From: Acidimicrobiia bacterium
GTDB taxonomy: Bacteria > Actinomycetota > Acidimicrobiia > Spongiisociales > ZC4RG35
Direction of reading: 5' to 3'
Assembly: GCA_041591895.1 (NCBI GenBank)
Contig: JBFHRE010000001.1
Coordinates: 7,350 to 71,349, forward strand
DNA length: 64,000 bases
A model generated the notes under the pieces. That model saw nothing but the letters and a program-made list of their open reading frames with translations, did not search any database and had not been told where the DNA came from. Below are positions 1 to 9,563 of this stretch, piece by piece. How positions within the stretch are numbered: position 1 is the stretch's first letter; the number at the start of each line of letters is the position of its first letter. A program made the translations under genes and the position numbers.

Positions 1-17
1 TCCGCCGCAACGCATCG

Positions 18-269
18 ATGGACGACCATCTGGCGGACGTGAAGCTCGTGACGGACGGCTCGACGATCTTCGCTGTCACCCGCGATGAGGGTGAGCTGAT
101 GGATGCGCTCCGTGAGGGTCAGCTGGCGTTCGTGATCGCCATCGACGGTATCGCCCAGGCGGTAGAAGAGGACGTCAGTCGCTTCGAGCTCGATCGATCG
201 AGGTTCCTCGAGCTCCTGCGCCGGTCCGAGGACGAGATCCGCGAGGAACAAACCGCCGTCGAGGGTTGA
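18..269 (+). CDS. hypothetical protein (83 aa)
   Basis: Intact ORF with an ATG at 18 near the window edge. No recognisable motif. Acidic and charged C-terminus. Confidence 0.3.
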   Translation: MDDHLADVKLVTDGSTIFAVTRDEGELMDALREGQLAFVIAIDGIAQAVEEDVSRFELDRSRFLELLRRSEDEIREEQTAVEG

Positions 270-302
270 TCGATCAGGGCCGGGCAGTGAGCGATCGACC
301 AG

Positions 303-2648
303 TCAGCGTTTTCTGAGGCGCTGCGGCACCATCCACGAAACGATGCGCTGGGCGCGGTCGCCCCGGGTGGAAACCGACCCGTCGGCCCTGGCAAAGGCCT
401 CCCGCCGGTCGCCCCGAATCGCGCCCTCCGACACCGCCGCGGTGACCATCGATGCGAGCGGACGGAAGTCATCGCCGAGGCGATCGGCAAGCTCGAGGGG
501 CGACTGGTGCGCGAGGATCTCCTCGCCGAGTCCGGCCAGCCGCACCGTGATCTCCTCCCAGGCCGCCAGCACATCTCCCTCCCTGATCTTCTTCAGGCGC
601 CGTCGCCGAGCCAGCCAGCGGGCCGCCGGGTAGGCGAGGATCAGCGCCGCCAGGGCCGGCACCCACCACGTCCACCCCGGCAAACGGAATTCGGGGTTGA
701 AGGCCTCGCTCGACCCCGGGTTCAGATTCCTCAGGTCCTCCTCCGGCAGGTTGAACCGGTCCGGCAGAGTCGGCTGGTTGGGGTTTTGCACTCCGGTGGC
801 GGGAGTGGGCACGAACGCACTCGGGTCGAAGTCGATCTCGGACTCGACCAAAGAAGGGTTGATGCCGTCCGACCGCGGTGTCGGGTCGAAGCGGACCCAA
901 CCTTGGGTGTCTATCCACAGTTCTACCCAGGCATGGGCGTTGCGTTCGCGGACAACGACCACTTCGGTTCCATCGGGCTGGGTGGTCAACGTGCCGGGAG
1001 TGAACCCGAGCACAACCCGCGAGGGAATGTTCACCGTTCGCGCCATGACGGCCATGGCGGTGGCGAACTGCTCGCAATATCCGGTTCGGTAGTTCGTGCT
1101 GGAAGGATCCGTCAGCCAGTCCTCGAGATCCAGGGCCGAGTGACCGGTTGAGACGTCGGCGGAGTAGGTGAACCGATCCGAGTCGCGGAAGAACTGTTCC
1201 AGCAGCAGTCCACGTTCGAATGGAGTCGAACCGGCGACGGTGATCTGTCGTGTCAGTTGAAGGATCCCATTCGGTGTCCGCTCCGGAAGAGCGACGAACC
1301 GCTCGCGCTCGGTCAGAGACCGCACGGGGAGGCGACGGTCGGCAGGCTCCAGGCCGGTGGCGTCGCGGCGGGCTGCCTCGGCGAAAATGGGGGTCAGGTT
1401 CCCGTTGCTGCTCGCCATCGCGGCGATGTCGGGCTGGGGAATGTCTGCCTGGAATTCGTATTCCCAGTCGGGGCGGAGCGAGAGGTCGAGCCGGATCGTC
1501 CCATCTGCCCGCACGAGGAACCCCTCCTGGATCCGTTCGACCGGCGACTCGAGTGCGCTGGGGGAGTAGAGGGCTGGAAGGATCGATCCCTTCAGCCCGG
1601 CAATCCGCACTCGCGAGCTGACCCGGACCGTGGGGCCGAAGAATTTCTGCCCGGGCTCTTCCCACCTCTGTCCGCGCTCGTAGGTCGGTACCGCCGTGGG
1701 ATGCCAGTTGGTGCCGTCGAAGAAGTCGAGCGTGATCAGGTTCCAGTACAACTCGCTCGCCGGAGGCGCCGACTGGCTCAGGGTGGCAAAGAAGACCGGT
1801 TCGTCACTCAAACTCACGACGCTCTGTCGGAGACCGACGAACGGGTTCAGGGCCGTCCCGCCGCCGTACAGCCCGCCGAGGCCCGTCGCTGCCCTCCATC
1901 GGATGGTTCCCCCGTCGGGCACGCGTTCGCCGATCGCGGCGGGCATCCCGGCCCCAACGATCGCGACCACGAGCAACGAGGCGACGGTCAGCCCCAACGA
2001 GCGGCGCGGCTTTGTCGACCCGTCGAGGCGTCCCAGTCGGCCGATGCGCCTCGAACGCCGATCGCCGATTGCAGTCACAAGTCCGGCAGTGGCGACCGCA
2101 AGGGCCACCGTCCACCAACCGGTGCTGGGGCGCCGATCGATGGTGGCCAGCTGAAGGTAGAAGACGAGGTTTGGGCCGATTGCCCAGGCGAGGTTGCGAG
2201 AGAGAAGCGCGGCGGCGGTCCAGGCCGACAGTGCCCAGACGACGACGGCGATGATCGCGACGAGGCCAGGGACCGCCAGCACCGGGGCGGCGCCAAAACG
2301 TAGGAGTTCGAGTCCGTAACCGAGTTCCTCGGTGGCGTCGGCCGCAGTGGCTCCCGTGGGTATGACCCCACCGGCCATGGTCTGGGGCGTGACGACGGTG
2401 AGGGTCAGCCACAAGGCGCCGAGGGCGTGGAGTGCTCCAATGAAGCCGGCCGGCAGTTTCAACCCGTGTCCGATGGCAGCCAGTGCGGTCCCGGCGAGAA
2501 TCGCAACCCCCACCCACGGGTACCAATCGGTGCCCTCGACGAGGCCCGACATGCGCAACAACGCCATCACGAGCGTCCCGACCGCGGTCAGCGCACCGGC
2601 GATTCCGACCATGTCATCCTCGTAGCCGTCGCCCAACCCTCCGCCCAA
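303..2648 (-). CDS. transglutaminase-like multi-pass membrane protein (TgpA-like); true start probably downstream of 2648
   Basis: Multiple hydrophobic helices at the N-terminus and an internal transglutaminase core motif (GYCEQFATAMAVMAR). Lies downstream of MoxR and DUF58 genes, the canonical MoxR-DUF58-TGase triad. Overlaps the DUF58 ORF by about 60 nt at the annotated start. Confidence 0.8.
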   Translation of the reverse strand: MGGGLGDGYEDDMVGIAGALTAVGTLVMALLRMSGLVEGTDWYPWVGVAILAGTALAAIGHGLKLPAGFIGALHALGALWLTLTVVTPQTMAGGVIPTGATAADATEELGYGLELLRFGAAPVLAVPGLVAIIAVVVWALSAWTAAALLSRNLAWAIGPNLVFYLQLATIDRRPSTGWWTVALAVATAGLVTAIGDRRSRRIGRLGRLDGSTKPRRSLGLTVASLLVVAIVGAGMPAAIGERVPDGGTIRWRAATGLGGLYGGGTALNPFVGLRQSVVSLSDEPVFFATLSQSAPPASELYWNLITLDFFDGTNWHPTAVPTYERGQRWEEPGQKFFGPTVRVSSRVRIAGLKGSILPALYSPSALESPVERIQEGFLVRADGTIRLDLSLRPDWEYEFQADIPQPDIAAMASSNGNLTPIFAEAARRDATGLEPADRRLPVRSLTERERFVALPERTPNGILQLTRQITVAGSTPFERGLLLEQFFRDSDRFTYSADVSTGHSALDLEDWLTDPSSTNYRTGYCEQFATAMAVMARTVNIPSRVVLGFTPGTLTTQPDGTEVVVVRERNAHAWVELWIDTQGWVRFDPTPRSDGINPSLVESEIDFDPSAFVPTPATGVQNPNQPTLPDRFNLPEEDLRNLNPGSSEAFNPEFRLPGWTWWVPALAALILAYPAARWLARRRRLKKIREGDVLAAWEEITVRLAGLGEEILAHQSPLELADRLGDDFRPLASMVTAAVSEGAIRGDRREAFARADGSVSTRGDRAQRIVSWMVPQRLRKR

Positions 2649-3763
2649 CTCTCACCCGGAGCTCGCTCGATCGTGCTGACCCCCGCCCGGTGCATCCCGG
2701 CCGAAGACGCCGATGACGTCTCAGATGCACATAGAACGACCGCGGTCCCGTAGTCCTGTGCGAGGAGTCGAGAGACATCTGCGATCTCCGCGTCAGGCGT
2801 GCCGGTGATCAAGAGCAACGACCCGCCGCCGCCCCGCTGGCGGACCCGGGAGGCGACCGATCGAAGGTCGAGTCGGGTGTCTACCTTGGCGAGTGCCAGT
2901 TGCTCCATCACCGCGGCCGTGTGGTGGCTGGGAATCGGATCGGTCCCGCCGGCCCACACCAAGGCGTCGTAGCCGCCCTTGGCGAAGTGGACGACGACCG
3001 AAGCGGCGCCGCGTACCGCGTGCTCGAAGCATGCCGGGTTCTGATAGACCCGCCTCCGCAGGTCGAGCATGATCAGAGCCCGCTGTTGCCAGGGAGTCTC
3101 AAGCTGCCTGATCAGCAACGAATCACGCTTGGCGGAGGATGGCCAGTGGATGAACCGAAGGTCATCTCCCTCTACATATTCGCGAAGGGTGTAGAAATCC
3201 TCTCCTCCCCGGTTCGAGAACTCCGGCTTGGAGGCCTGGGTCGATGGGTCCATTCCTCTGGCGAGGGGAAAGCCGAGGAGTTCCTCCACGGCGGGATATA
3301 CGACGAGCCGGTCGGATCCCTCGGACGCCACTCTGTTGACCACCAGCCGGGCTGGATCCGCAACTTCGATCTCGGCGGGTCCCACCGGGTAGACACCGCG
3401 TGGACGGCACACGATCCGGTACGTGCCGAGCACCGTCTCGCGACGCCGAATGGTTCCGGCTCCGAACTCGGCCGACCCCATGGTTCCGACCACGTCCGAG
3501 ACCGTCACGTTGAACAGCGAGGTGCGGCCTCGATTGGTGACCCGAGCCCGCACTTCTGCGGTGTCTCCCTCGTGGACGAGGGCAGGCAAGAGCTGGCGTA
3601 CAACTTCGACATCTGGACGCGTGGTCTTTGCCAGCACCCAGGCGATTGCAACTGCGGCCAGGAGAACCGATCCGGCGACGAGGAGTTCCACCTCACCGAG
3701 AAGGACCCAGAGCGTCACCGCTGCGACTCCCGCACCGGTGACGCCCCAGCCCCGCTCTGTCAT
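2588..3763 (-). CDS. DUF58 domain protein (MoxR-associated, vWA-like)
   Basis: N-terminal TM segment (AVTLWVLLGEVELLVAGSVLLAAVAIAWVL). Its start overlaps the moxR stop (ATGA at 3760-3763). Typical partner of MoxR. Confidence 0.75.
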   Translation of the reverse strand: MTERGWGVTGAGVAAVTLWVLLGEVELLVAGSVLLAAVAIAWVLAKTTRPDVEVVRQLLPALVHEGDTAEVRARVTNRGRTSLFNVTVSDVVGTMGSAEFGAGTIRRRETVLGTYRIVCRPRGVYPVGPAEIEVADPARLVVNRVASEGSDRLVVYPAVEELLGFPLARGMDPSTQASKPEFSNRGGEDFYTLREYVEGDDLRFIHWPSSAKRDSLLIRQLETPWQQRALIMLDLRRRVYQNPACFEHAVRGAASVVVHFAKGGYDALVWAGGTDPIPSHHTAAVMEQLALAKVDTRLDLRSVASRVRQRGGGGSLLLITGTPDAEIADVSRLLAQDYGTAVVLCASETSSASSAGMHRAGVSTIERAPGESWAEGWATATRMTWSESPVR

Positions 3764-4737
3764 GTGGCGACCTTGGTCGCTCCCGGGACCCTGAGCGATG
3801 ACAGGACGGAATCGACCACCTCTTGGATTCGCGTGCCTCTCATCTGGGCTTCCGGTCGTAGGGCCATCCGGTGCTCGAGCACGGGCAAGGCGAGGATCTT
3901 CACGTCATCGACGGTCACGAACTCGCGGCCGAGTGACACGGCCCTGGCTCGGGACAGGCGCTGGAGGTAGAGCGCCGCCCGGGGGGATCCCCCGAGCATC
4001 ACCTCGCCGTGCTCCCTGGTCCGACCGACCAGGTCGATGATGTACTCCTTGACAGAACCGGCCACGTGGACCCGTTTTGCGACCTCAACCATCGCGTGTA
4101 GGTCCTCCACGTCGATCACGGGCTCGAGGTCGAGGAATGTGGAGCGCACACCATGTGTGTCCAGCATCTCGAGTTCCTTGTCTCGGGACGGGTACCCGAT
4201 CCGGACTCTCATCATGAAACGGTCGAGTTGGGCCTCGGGGAGCGGGTAGGTGCCCTCGTGCTCGATGGGGTTTTGAGTGGCGATCACCATGAACGGATCA
4301 GGAAGAGGCCGGGTGACGCCATCGACAGTGATCTGTCTCTCCTCCATCGCCTCGAGCAGCGCCGCCTGGGTCTTTGGTGAGGCCCGGTTGATCTCGTCGC
4401 CGAGGACGACGTTGGCGGCGATCGGGCCCTGCTTGTAGACGAACTCGCTTCGGCCTCGATCCCAGATCGAGACCCCGGTCACGTCGGATGGGAGGAGATC
4501 CGGTGTGAACTGAATACGGTTGAACGAACAGTTGATCGAACGGGAAAGCGACTTCGCCAGCAACGTCTTGCCCACGCCGGGCACATCCTCGATCAGAACG
4601 TGCCCTTCGGCGATCAGGCACAGGAGTAGAGACTCGATGGCATCGCGCTTGCCCTGGATTACTTGCTCGACGTTGGTTGCCACTGCGGCGAACCGGTCAC
4701 GGAACCATGAGACATGTTGTTCTTCCAGTTCGCGCAA
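3760..4737 (-). CDS. moxR: MoxR-family AAA+ ATPase
   Basis: Walker A motif GVPGVGKT and Walker B LLGDEINRASPKTQAALLEAMEE. About 325 aa, typical MoxR size. Confidence 0.9.
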   Translation of the reverse strand: MRELEEQHVSWFRDRFAAVATNVEQVIQGKRDAIESLLLCLIAEGHVLIEDVPGVGKTLLAKSLSRSINCSFNRIQFTPDLLPSDVTGVSIWDRGRSEFVYKQGPIAANVVLGDEINRASPKTQAALLEAMEERQITVDGVTRPLPDPFMVIATQNPIEHEGTYPLPEAQLDRFMMRVRIGYPSRDKELEMLDTHGVRSTFLDLEPVIDVEDLHAMVEVAKRVHVAGSVKEYIIDLVGRTREHGEVMLGGSPRAALYLQRLSRARAVSLGREFVTVDDVKILALPVLEHRMALRPEAQMRGTRIQEVVDSVLSSLRVPGATKVAT

Positions 4738-4946
4738 TCTCGCTCCTCGTCGTTCCGATTTCGGGCAACTCTACCCCTGGTGCGCGAATATCAACCCGGT
4801 AACCTGGGGTTGGTTCCCGTCGCTGACGGGACAAGTGGGCGGAACCCGGGTCGACGTTGAACACGACCTGGAGAAGATGGGAGTGCAGGGCTGATGGGAT
4901 CCTCTCTGAGCTGGGTCAAGCTCGGTGGTGAGGCTGTTCGCGCCGG

Positions 4947-5666
4947 ATGGGCGTCTCGAAAGCGTGGTTCACTGATGCCGTCGAGGCCATACGTCCGTTG
5001 GCGAGTCGGCACCGCATACGGGGATCCCGATCGCCGTCCCGAAATGGAGGATGTCGCAGCCTTTCTCGGCTGGAGACGTCGGCAGCGGCGGGTAGCTCGA
5101 TGAACTCTGGTCTCGAGCAGCGTCTGCGAACCGTTCCCGGGGTTTCGGGCATCCGCATCGATCTCGGGCGCGACGGCCTCGAAGGCATCCACGTCAGCGT
5201 GGATGAAGGCAGCGACGAATCGGTGATTCTCGAAGAAATTCGCCGGATCCTGGTGGCCTACGGACTCAGGTCACGGACCGAATCCGGATGGTCTGCGGCG
5301 GAAGAGATCGCACTTCCCTCTAGCGTGTGGCTGGGAGAGGTGTCGGGTCGCGCCGCCGCCCGGCTGCGCTACTCCCATGGGGTATTCGAAGGGTTCGGAC
5401 CCCTCAACTGGGATGGGGCAGTCCAAGCGTGCACGGAGGCAATCGCCCAGGCCACCGGCCGCGCCATTCCCGAAGCGGCGCGTGCCTTGAGGGAAGTGGT
5501 GGACGACTCCCAGCTCGTGGTCTGTGTACTGCGGTCGGCCGGGATCAAGGCCGCGAGTGTGGCGATCGCCGACAAGGACGGGCTAGCCCGGGCTTTGGTC
5601 CGGGCGGTGACGATGGCGATGGACGATCTGCATTATCAGCTGTCCGTGGATGTAGGCGACCAGTAG
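4947..5666 (+). CDS. hypothetical protein (start uncertain; alternative ATG at 5100)
   Basis: ORF with protein-like composition in its C-terminal two-thirds. No recognisable motif. Ends 22 nt before the HNH gene. Confidence 0.4.
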   Translation: MGVSKAWFTDAVEAIRPLASRHRIRGSRSPSRNGGCRSLSRLETSAAAGSSMNSGLEQRLRTVPGVSGIRIDLGRDGLEGIHVSVDEGSDESVILEEIRRILVAYGLRSRTESGWSAAEEIALPSSVWLGEVSGRAAARLRYSHGVFEGFGPLNWDGAVQACTEAIAQATGRAIPEAARALREVVDDSQLVVCVLRSAGIKAASVAIADKDGLARALVRAVTMAMDDLHYQLSVDVGDQ

Positions 5667-5688
5667 TCTGACGCCGACTGGAGTCGGT

Positions 5689-6192
5689 GTGTCAGGAGCC
5701 CTGGTACTCAACGCGAGTTTCGAGCCGCTCTCGGTGGTCAATGCCCGCCGGGCAGTGGTGCTCGTCCTTCGCGGCCGGGCGATCACAGTCGAGGCGAGAT
5801 CCGAGGTGTGGCATGCCGAGCGTTCATCGCTCGAGGTCCCTTCGGTCGTTCGCCTCACAACCTATGTTCGAGTTCCTCACCACCGGCCGACGCCTGTGAC
5901 CCGACGGGCGGTCTTCGGCCGGGACGAGTTCCGGTGCCAGTACTGCCATGGAGCGGCCGAGAGCATCGATCACGTGGTCCCGAGATCGAGGGGTGGCCAG
6001 CACTCCTGGGACAACGTCGTGGCGTGTTGCAGGCGCTGCAATGCCCGCAAGGGCGATCGCCTGCCGGAGGAAGCCGGGTTCAGTCTCGCCCGCCGGCCCA
6101 GAGCTCCCGCCTTTCATTCCTGGGTGTACACGAGTTCGGGGTACGCAATGGATCCGACCTGGCATCCGTACCTGATGCTGGAGACCGCCTGA
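5689..6192 (+). CDS. HNH endonuclease (standalone, actinobacterial type)
   Basis: HNH zinc-finger motif CQYCHG...IDHVVPRSRGGQHSWDNVVACCRRCNARKG. GTG start at 5689. Confidence 0.85.
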   Translation: MSGALVLNASFEPLSVVNARRAVVLVLRGRAITVEARSEVWHAERSSLEVPSVVRLTTYVRVPHHRPTPVTRRAVFGRDEFRCQYCHGAAESIDHVVPRSRGGQHSWDNVVACCRRCNARKGDRLPEEAGFSLARRPRAPAFHSWVYTSSGYAMDPTWHPYLMLETA

Positions 6193-6319
6193 CCCGTCAC
6201 GCGTCTTGCGTCCTCCGTACCGGTCGATCTGTCAGTTTCCGACATCTTCCCGGCAGATGCGATAGCTTCTGCCTCGCTGTCCGGCACAGGAACCGGTCCA
6301 AGTTCGGTGGAGGTCGAGG

Positions 6320-7402
6320 GTGGCTGCGACCGAAGAAGGTCTCTTGCTCATTGCCGACATCTCGGGTTACACCGGTTTCCTCAGGGACTCGGAACTGGAG
6401 CACGCCCAGGACACCCTGACATCGCTTCTGTCGCTGCTCATCGACCACACGCGACCGCCGCTGAAGATCTCCCGGCTCGCTGGCGACGCCGTCATCAGCT
6501 ACCTGCCCGACTCCGAGGCGGTCGAGCCCCAGACCTTCCTCGAGATGATCGACGCTGCGTATGTCGCATTCAGGCGGGCGATCGAGCTGATGGTCCTCAA
6601 CACCGATTGCCAATGCAATGCGTGCCGGAACATCGGAACGCTGGATCTCAAGTTCTTCGTTCATCGCGGTGTCTTCGGAATCCAACACCTCGGACCGCAC
6701 GACGAGTTGGTCGGTTCCGACGTCAACGTGATTCATCGACTGACCAAGAACCACATCGTCGAAGCGTGTGGCTTCTCGGCTTACGTCGCCCTGACGTCCC
6801 GAGCTGCCGAGCGCCTGCTTCCCCCGGCCGTTGCCTGGGGGTGCGACCACGTCGAGAGCTATCCCGATGTCGGTGACATCCGGGTGTGGGTCAGAGACAT
6901 GACGCCGGTGTGGATCACCCGACGGGACGCTCTGCGGGTCGACTTGGACGTTCCTGGTGTCCTCTTCTCCGTCGAGGCGGTGGTTTCGCTCCCTCCGGAA
7001 CGGGTATGGGATGCCTTCGTGGTTGCTGACCGTTTCAACGTGCTCGCCGGTGGCACGAAGACGACGATCACCGACCTCGAGTCGTCTGGCCGTGTGGGGG
7101 TGGGTTCGATCTACCGCTGCTACCACGGCGAGATGGTCATGCCGCAGGTGGTGCTGGAGTGGACGCCATTCGAGCGAATCGTCGTCCGGCTCGAGGCGCC
7201 GGTCGAGACTGGTGAGACGTTCATCTTCGTCGAATACCGCCTGTCTCCGCACGGTGATGGCACGACAATCACCCAGACTCTCTCCCGGGCGGTCGGACCA
7301 CCGGGCGGCGCGGTCGCGGCAAACGAGATGTTCCTCGAAATGGGACCTGCGGCGCAGGCAGACATGGATGCATTCGCCCGCTCTCTGACGGCCGCCGGCT
7401 GA
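6320..7402 (+). CDS. conserved hypothetical protein (DUF2652-like N-terminus, SRPBCC-like C-terminus)
   Basis: 360-aa ORF with coding-like composition. The N-terminal motif LLIADISGYTGFL resembles the DUF2652 family, recalled from memory rather than searched. Confidence 0.55.
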   Translation: MAATEEGLLLIADISGYTGFLRDSELEHAQDTLTSLLSLLIDHTRPPLKISRLAGDAVISYLPDSEAVEPQTFLEMIDAAYVAFRRAIELMVLNTDCQCNACRNIGTLDLKFFVHRGVFGIQHLGPHDELVGSDVNVIHRLTKNHIVEACGFSAYVALTSRAAERLLPPAVAWGCDHVESYPDVGDIRVWVRDMTPVWITRRDALRVDLDVPGVLFSVEAVVSLPPERVWDAFVVADRFNVLAGGTKTTITDLESSGRVGVGSIYRCYHGEMVMPQVVLEWTPFERIVVRLEAPVETGETFIFVEYRLSPHGDGTTITQTLSRAVGPPGGAVAANEMFLEMGPAAQADMDAFARSLTAAG

Positions 7403-7556
7403 TCCGTCCGTCATCCGTCATTCATCTTCCGTCAAGCGTCGCCGGTGGCGCGTCCTCCGATCAGCTCCCGATCGGACCCTCAACGCCGTTCTGCGGTTGA
7501 CGGTCGACGCATGACGGGGGACGGCTCTGGGTCTCGAGGCCCAATCTGGCGTTGTG

Positions 7557-7601
7557 TGGCGCGAAATGGAAGATTTGTGCTTGTAAGTGGCGCGAAGTGG
7601 G
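7557..7601 (+). promoter_or_regulatory. two direct repeats GTGGCGCGAA(A/G)TGG spaced 30 bp apart upstream of mraZ; candidate MraZ operator
   Basis: Exact 10-mer GTGGCGCGAA at 7557 and 7587, each followed by (A/G)TGG. Located 55-100 nt upstream of the mraZ start. MraZ is known to bind GTGG-type direct repeats in its own promoter. Confidence 0.35.
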
Positions 7602-7655
7602 TTATAGTCGCTTCCGGAGGACAGCAGAACCAGTGACAGGCAGGACTGATCGATC

Positions 7656-8069
7656 GTGTTGGTCGGAGAGGACTTCCACAGACTCGATGGGAAAGGACGG
7701 GTGGTCATGCCCGCCAAGTACCGCGAGGAACTCAATCCGGGTTGTGTCGTCACCAAAGGAAGGGACGGCCAGCTCGTGATCTACACCAAGGCGGCGTTCG
7801 ACCGCAAGGGTGACGAGGTGGACGCACTCCCCGACACTCCCGACAACCGGGCGCTGGCTCGCGTGTTCTTCGGAGGCGCCGAGATGCAGGAACCGGACAA
7901 CGCCGGTCGCATCCTGATCAATCCGGAGCACCGGGCATACGCCGCGCTCGCAACCGGTGAAGAGGTGGCGTTGGTCGGAGTCCGGCGGGGGATCGAAGTC
8001 TGGAACAAGGACAAGTACCTCGAGATCCGCGAGATCGGCGAGCAGAACTACCTGTCGCAAGGAGCGTGA
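7656..8069 (+). CDS. mraZ: transcriptional regulator MraZ
   Basis: Motif DGKGRVVMPAKYREEL and the duplicated MraZ architecture. First gene of the dcw cluster. GTG start. Confidence 0.9.
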   Translation: MLVGEDFHRLDGKGRVVMPAKYREELNPGCVVTKGRDGQLVIYTKAAFDRKGDEVDALPDTPDNRALARVFFGGAEMQEPDNAGRILINPEHRAYAALATGEEVALVGVRRGIEVWNKDKYLEIREIGEQNYLSQGA

Positions 8070-8156
8070 ATACCCACAACCAGCGACGAACCCGAAGTCT
8101 GGCTCATTGCCAGCCCCCCGGAACCAACGGAAGGCCCCTGACTCCGCCCGCTTCCT

Positions 8157-9116
8157 TTGGTATCAGCGCCCGGGGGGCTGGCAATGGCCCAGGAACCGGA
8201 AGTCGATGAGTCGTACCACCGACCGGTCTTGGCCGAAGAGGTGGTCGCGCTCATGCGGCCGATCGAGAGAGGGGTAGTGGTCGACGCCACCTTCGGGGGT
8301 GGAGGTCACTCGAGACGATTGTTGGAGACGATGAGCAAGGAAGTGACCGTGATCGGAATCGACCGCGACCCGGCTGCCAGGGCCAGGGGCGAGGCGATCG
8401 GATGCCGAGTGCTGGCCGGCAGCTTTGGCGATTTCGCAGAGCTGCTCGCACGCGAAGGCATCACTCAGATCGGTGGCGCACTGTTCGATTTCGGTGTCTC
8501 GTCCCATCAACTCGATGAGCCGACCCGAGGCTTCTCATACCGACACGCAGGCCCCCTGGACATGCGGATGAACCCCGACGCCGGGAGAACAGCCGCAGAG
8601 ATCGTGAACGAGTCGAGCGAGACCGAGCTGGTGCGGATCTTGAGAACTCTCGGCGAGGAGACCCATGCCACCCGCATCGCTCGGGCGATCGTCGGGAAGA
8701 GGCCGTTCACTTCCACGATCGAGCTGGCCGAGGCGGTCGCGGCGGCGGTGCCTGCGGCTTCCCGGTCCAAAGGACACCCCGCACGTAAGACGTTCCAGGC
8801 GTTGCGGATCGCGGTCAACGACGAGCTGGCGGAGATCGAATCCGGTCTGGATTCGGCTCTCGACCTCCTCGAGCCGGGAGGTCGGGTCGTGACGATCGCG
8901 TATCACTCTCTGGAAGACCGAATCGCCAAGCGTCGGTTCGCATCTGCCACGGCGGGCTGCACCTGTCCTCCGGGTCTCCCGGTGTGCGGTTGCGCAGCCG
9001 AGGTGGAATTCCAACTCCTGACTCGCAAGGCGGTCAAACCGACCGCAGCCGAGATTGCCGCGAACCCCCGGGCGCGATCGGCTCGCCTCCGAGCCATTCG
9101 GAAGGTGGCCGCATGA
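8157..9116 (+). CDS. rsmH: 16S rRNA (cytosine1402-N4)-methyltransferase RsmH (MraW)
   Basis: Motif YHRPVLAEEVVAL...DATFGGGGHS and its position after mraZ. Confidence 0.9.
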   Translation: MVSAPGGLAMAQEPEVDESYHRPVLAEEVVALMRPIERGVVVDATFGGGGHSRRLLETMSKEVTVIGIDRDPAARARGEAIGCRVLAGSFGDFAELLAREGITQIGGALFDFGVSSHQLDEPTRGFSYRHAGPLDMRMNPDAGRTAAEIVNESSETELVRILRTLGEETHATRIARAIVGKRPFTSTIELAEAVAAAVPAASRSKGHPARKTFQALRIAVNDELAEIESGLDSALDLLEPGGRVVTIAYHSLEDRIAKRRFASATAGCTCPPGLPVCGCAAEVEFQLLTRKAVKPTAAEIAANPRARSARLRAIRKVAA

Positions 9117-9523
9117 CCGCCCGGCCGCTGAGAGCCCCCAAGGTTCAGCCGCGCCTCAGACTGGTGCGCGGCAAGCGGTCCCGGGCGGTTGCCGTTCGTG
9201 TGAGCCCGTGGCTCGTGTTCTCCCTTGTCGTGGTGGTGTCGATGTTCTCGATGGTCATCGTTCGCACGACCCTGGACCGCGGAGCGGTGGAGCTCGCGAC
9301 CTTGACCCGACAGATCGAAGCCGAGCGGGCGAGCGTCGAGGAGTTGGAGTTGACGATGGCGGGGCTGTCGAACGCCACCCGGATCGGCCCACTCGCCGAA
9401 GAGATGGGAATGGTGTACCCGGGCGATCGATTGGTTCTGGTCGTCGACGGGGTGGTCCCGGATGACATCGCCCTCGAGCTTCCAACCGAGGACCAGCGGC
9501 TCGCCCTGGAGGCCCAGCCGTGA
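9113..9523 (+). CDS. ftsL: cell division protein FtsL-like (single TM, coiled coil)
   Basis: ATG at 9113 overlaps the rsmH stop. TM helix VSPWLVFSLVVVVSMFSMVIV followed by a coiled-coil region. Sits between rsmH and ftsI. Confidence 0.6.
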   Translation: MTARPLRAPKVQPRLRLVRGKRSRAVAVRVSPWLVFSLVVVVSMFSMVIVRTTLDRGAVELATLTRQIEAERASVEELELTMAGLSNATRIGPLAEEMGMVYPGDRLVLVVDGVVPDDIALELPTEDQRLALEAQP

Positions 9524-9563
9524 CGGTGGGCGGGTTGGAGATCCCGGCCCGCAGGAGGAGCTG

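Noticed and set aside
6197-7414. 405-aa minus-strand ORF overlapping the DUF2652-like gene
   Set aside because: The plus-strand ORF (6320-7402) has protein-like composition and a recognisable N-terminal motif. The minus-strand translation is Arg-rich nonsense.
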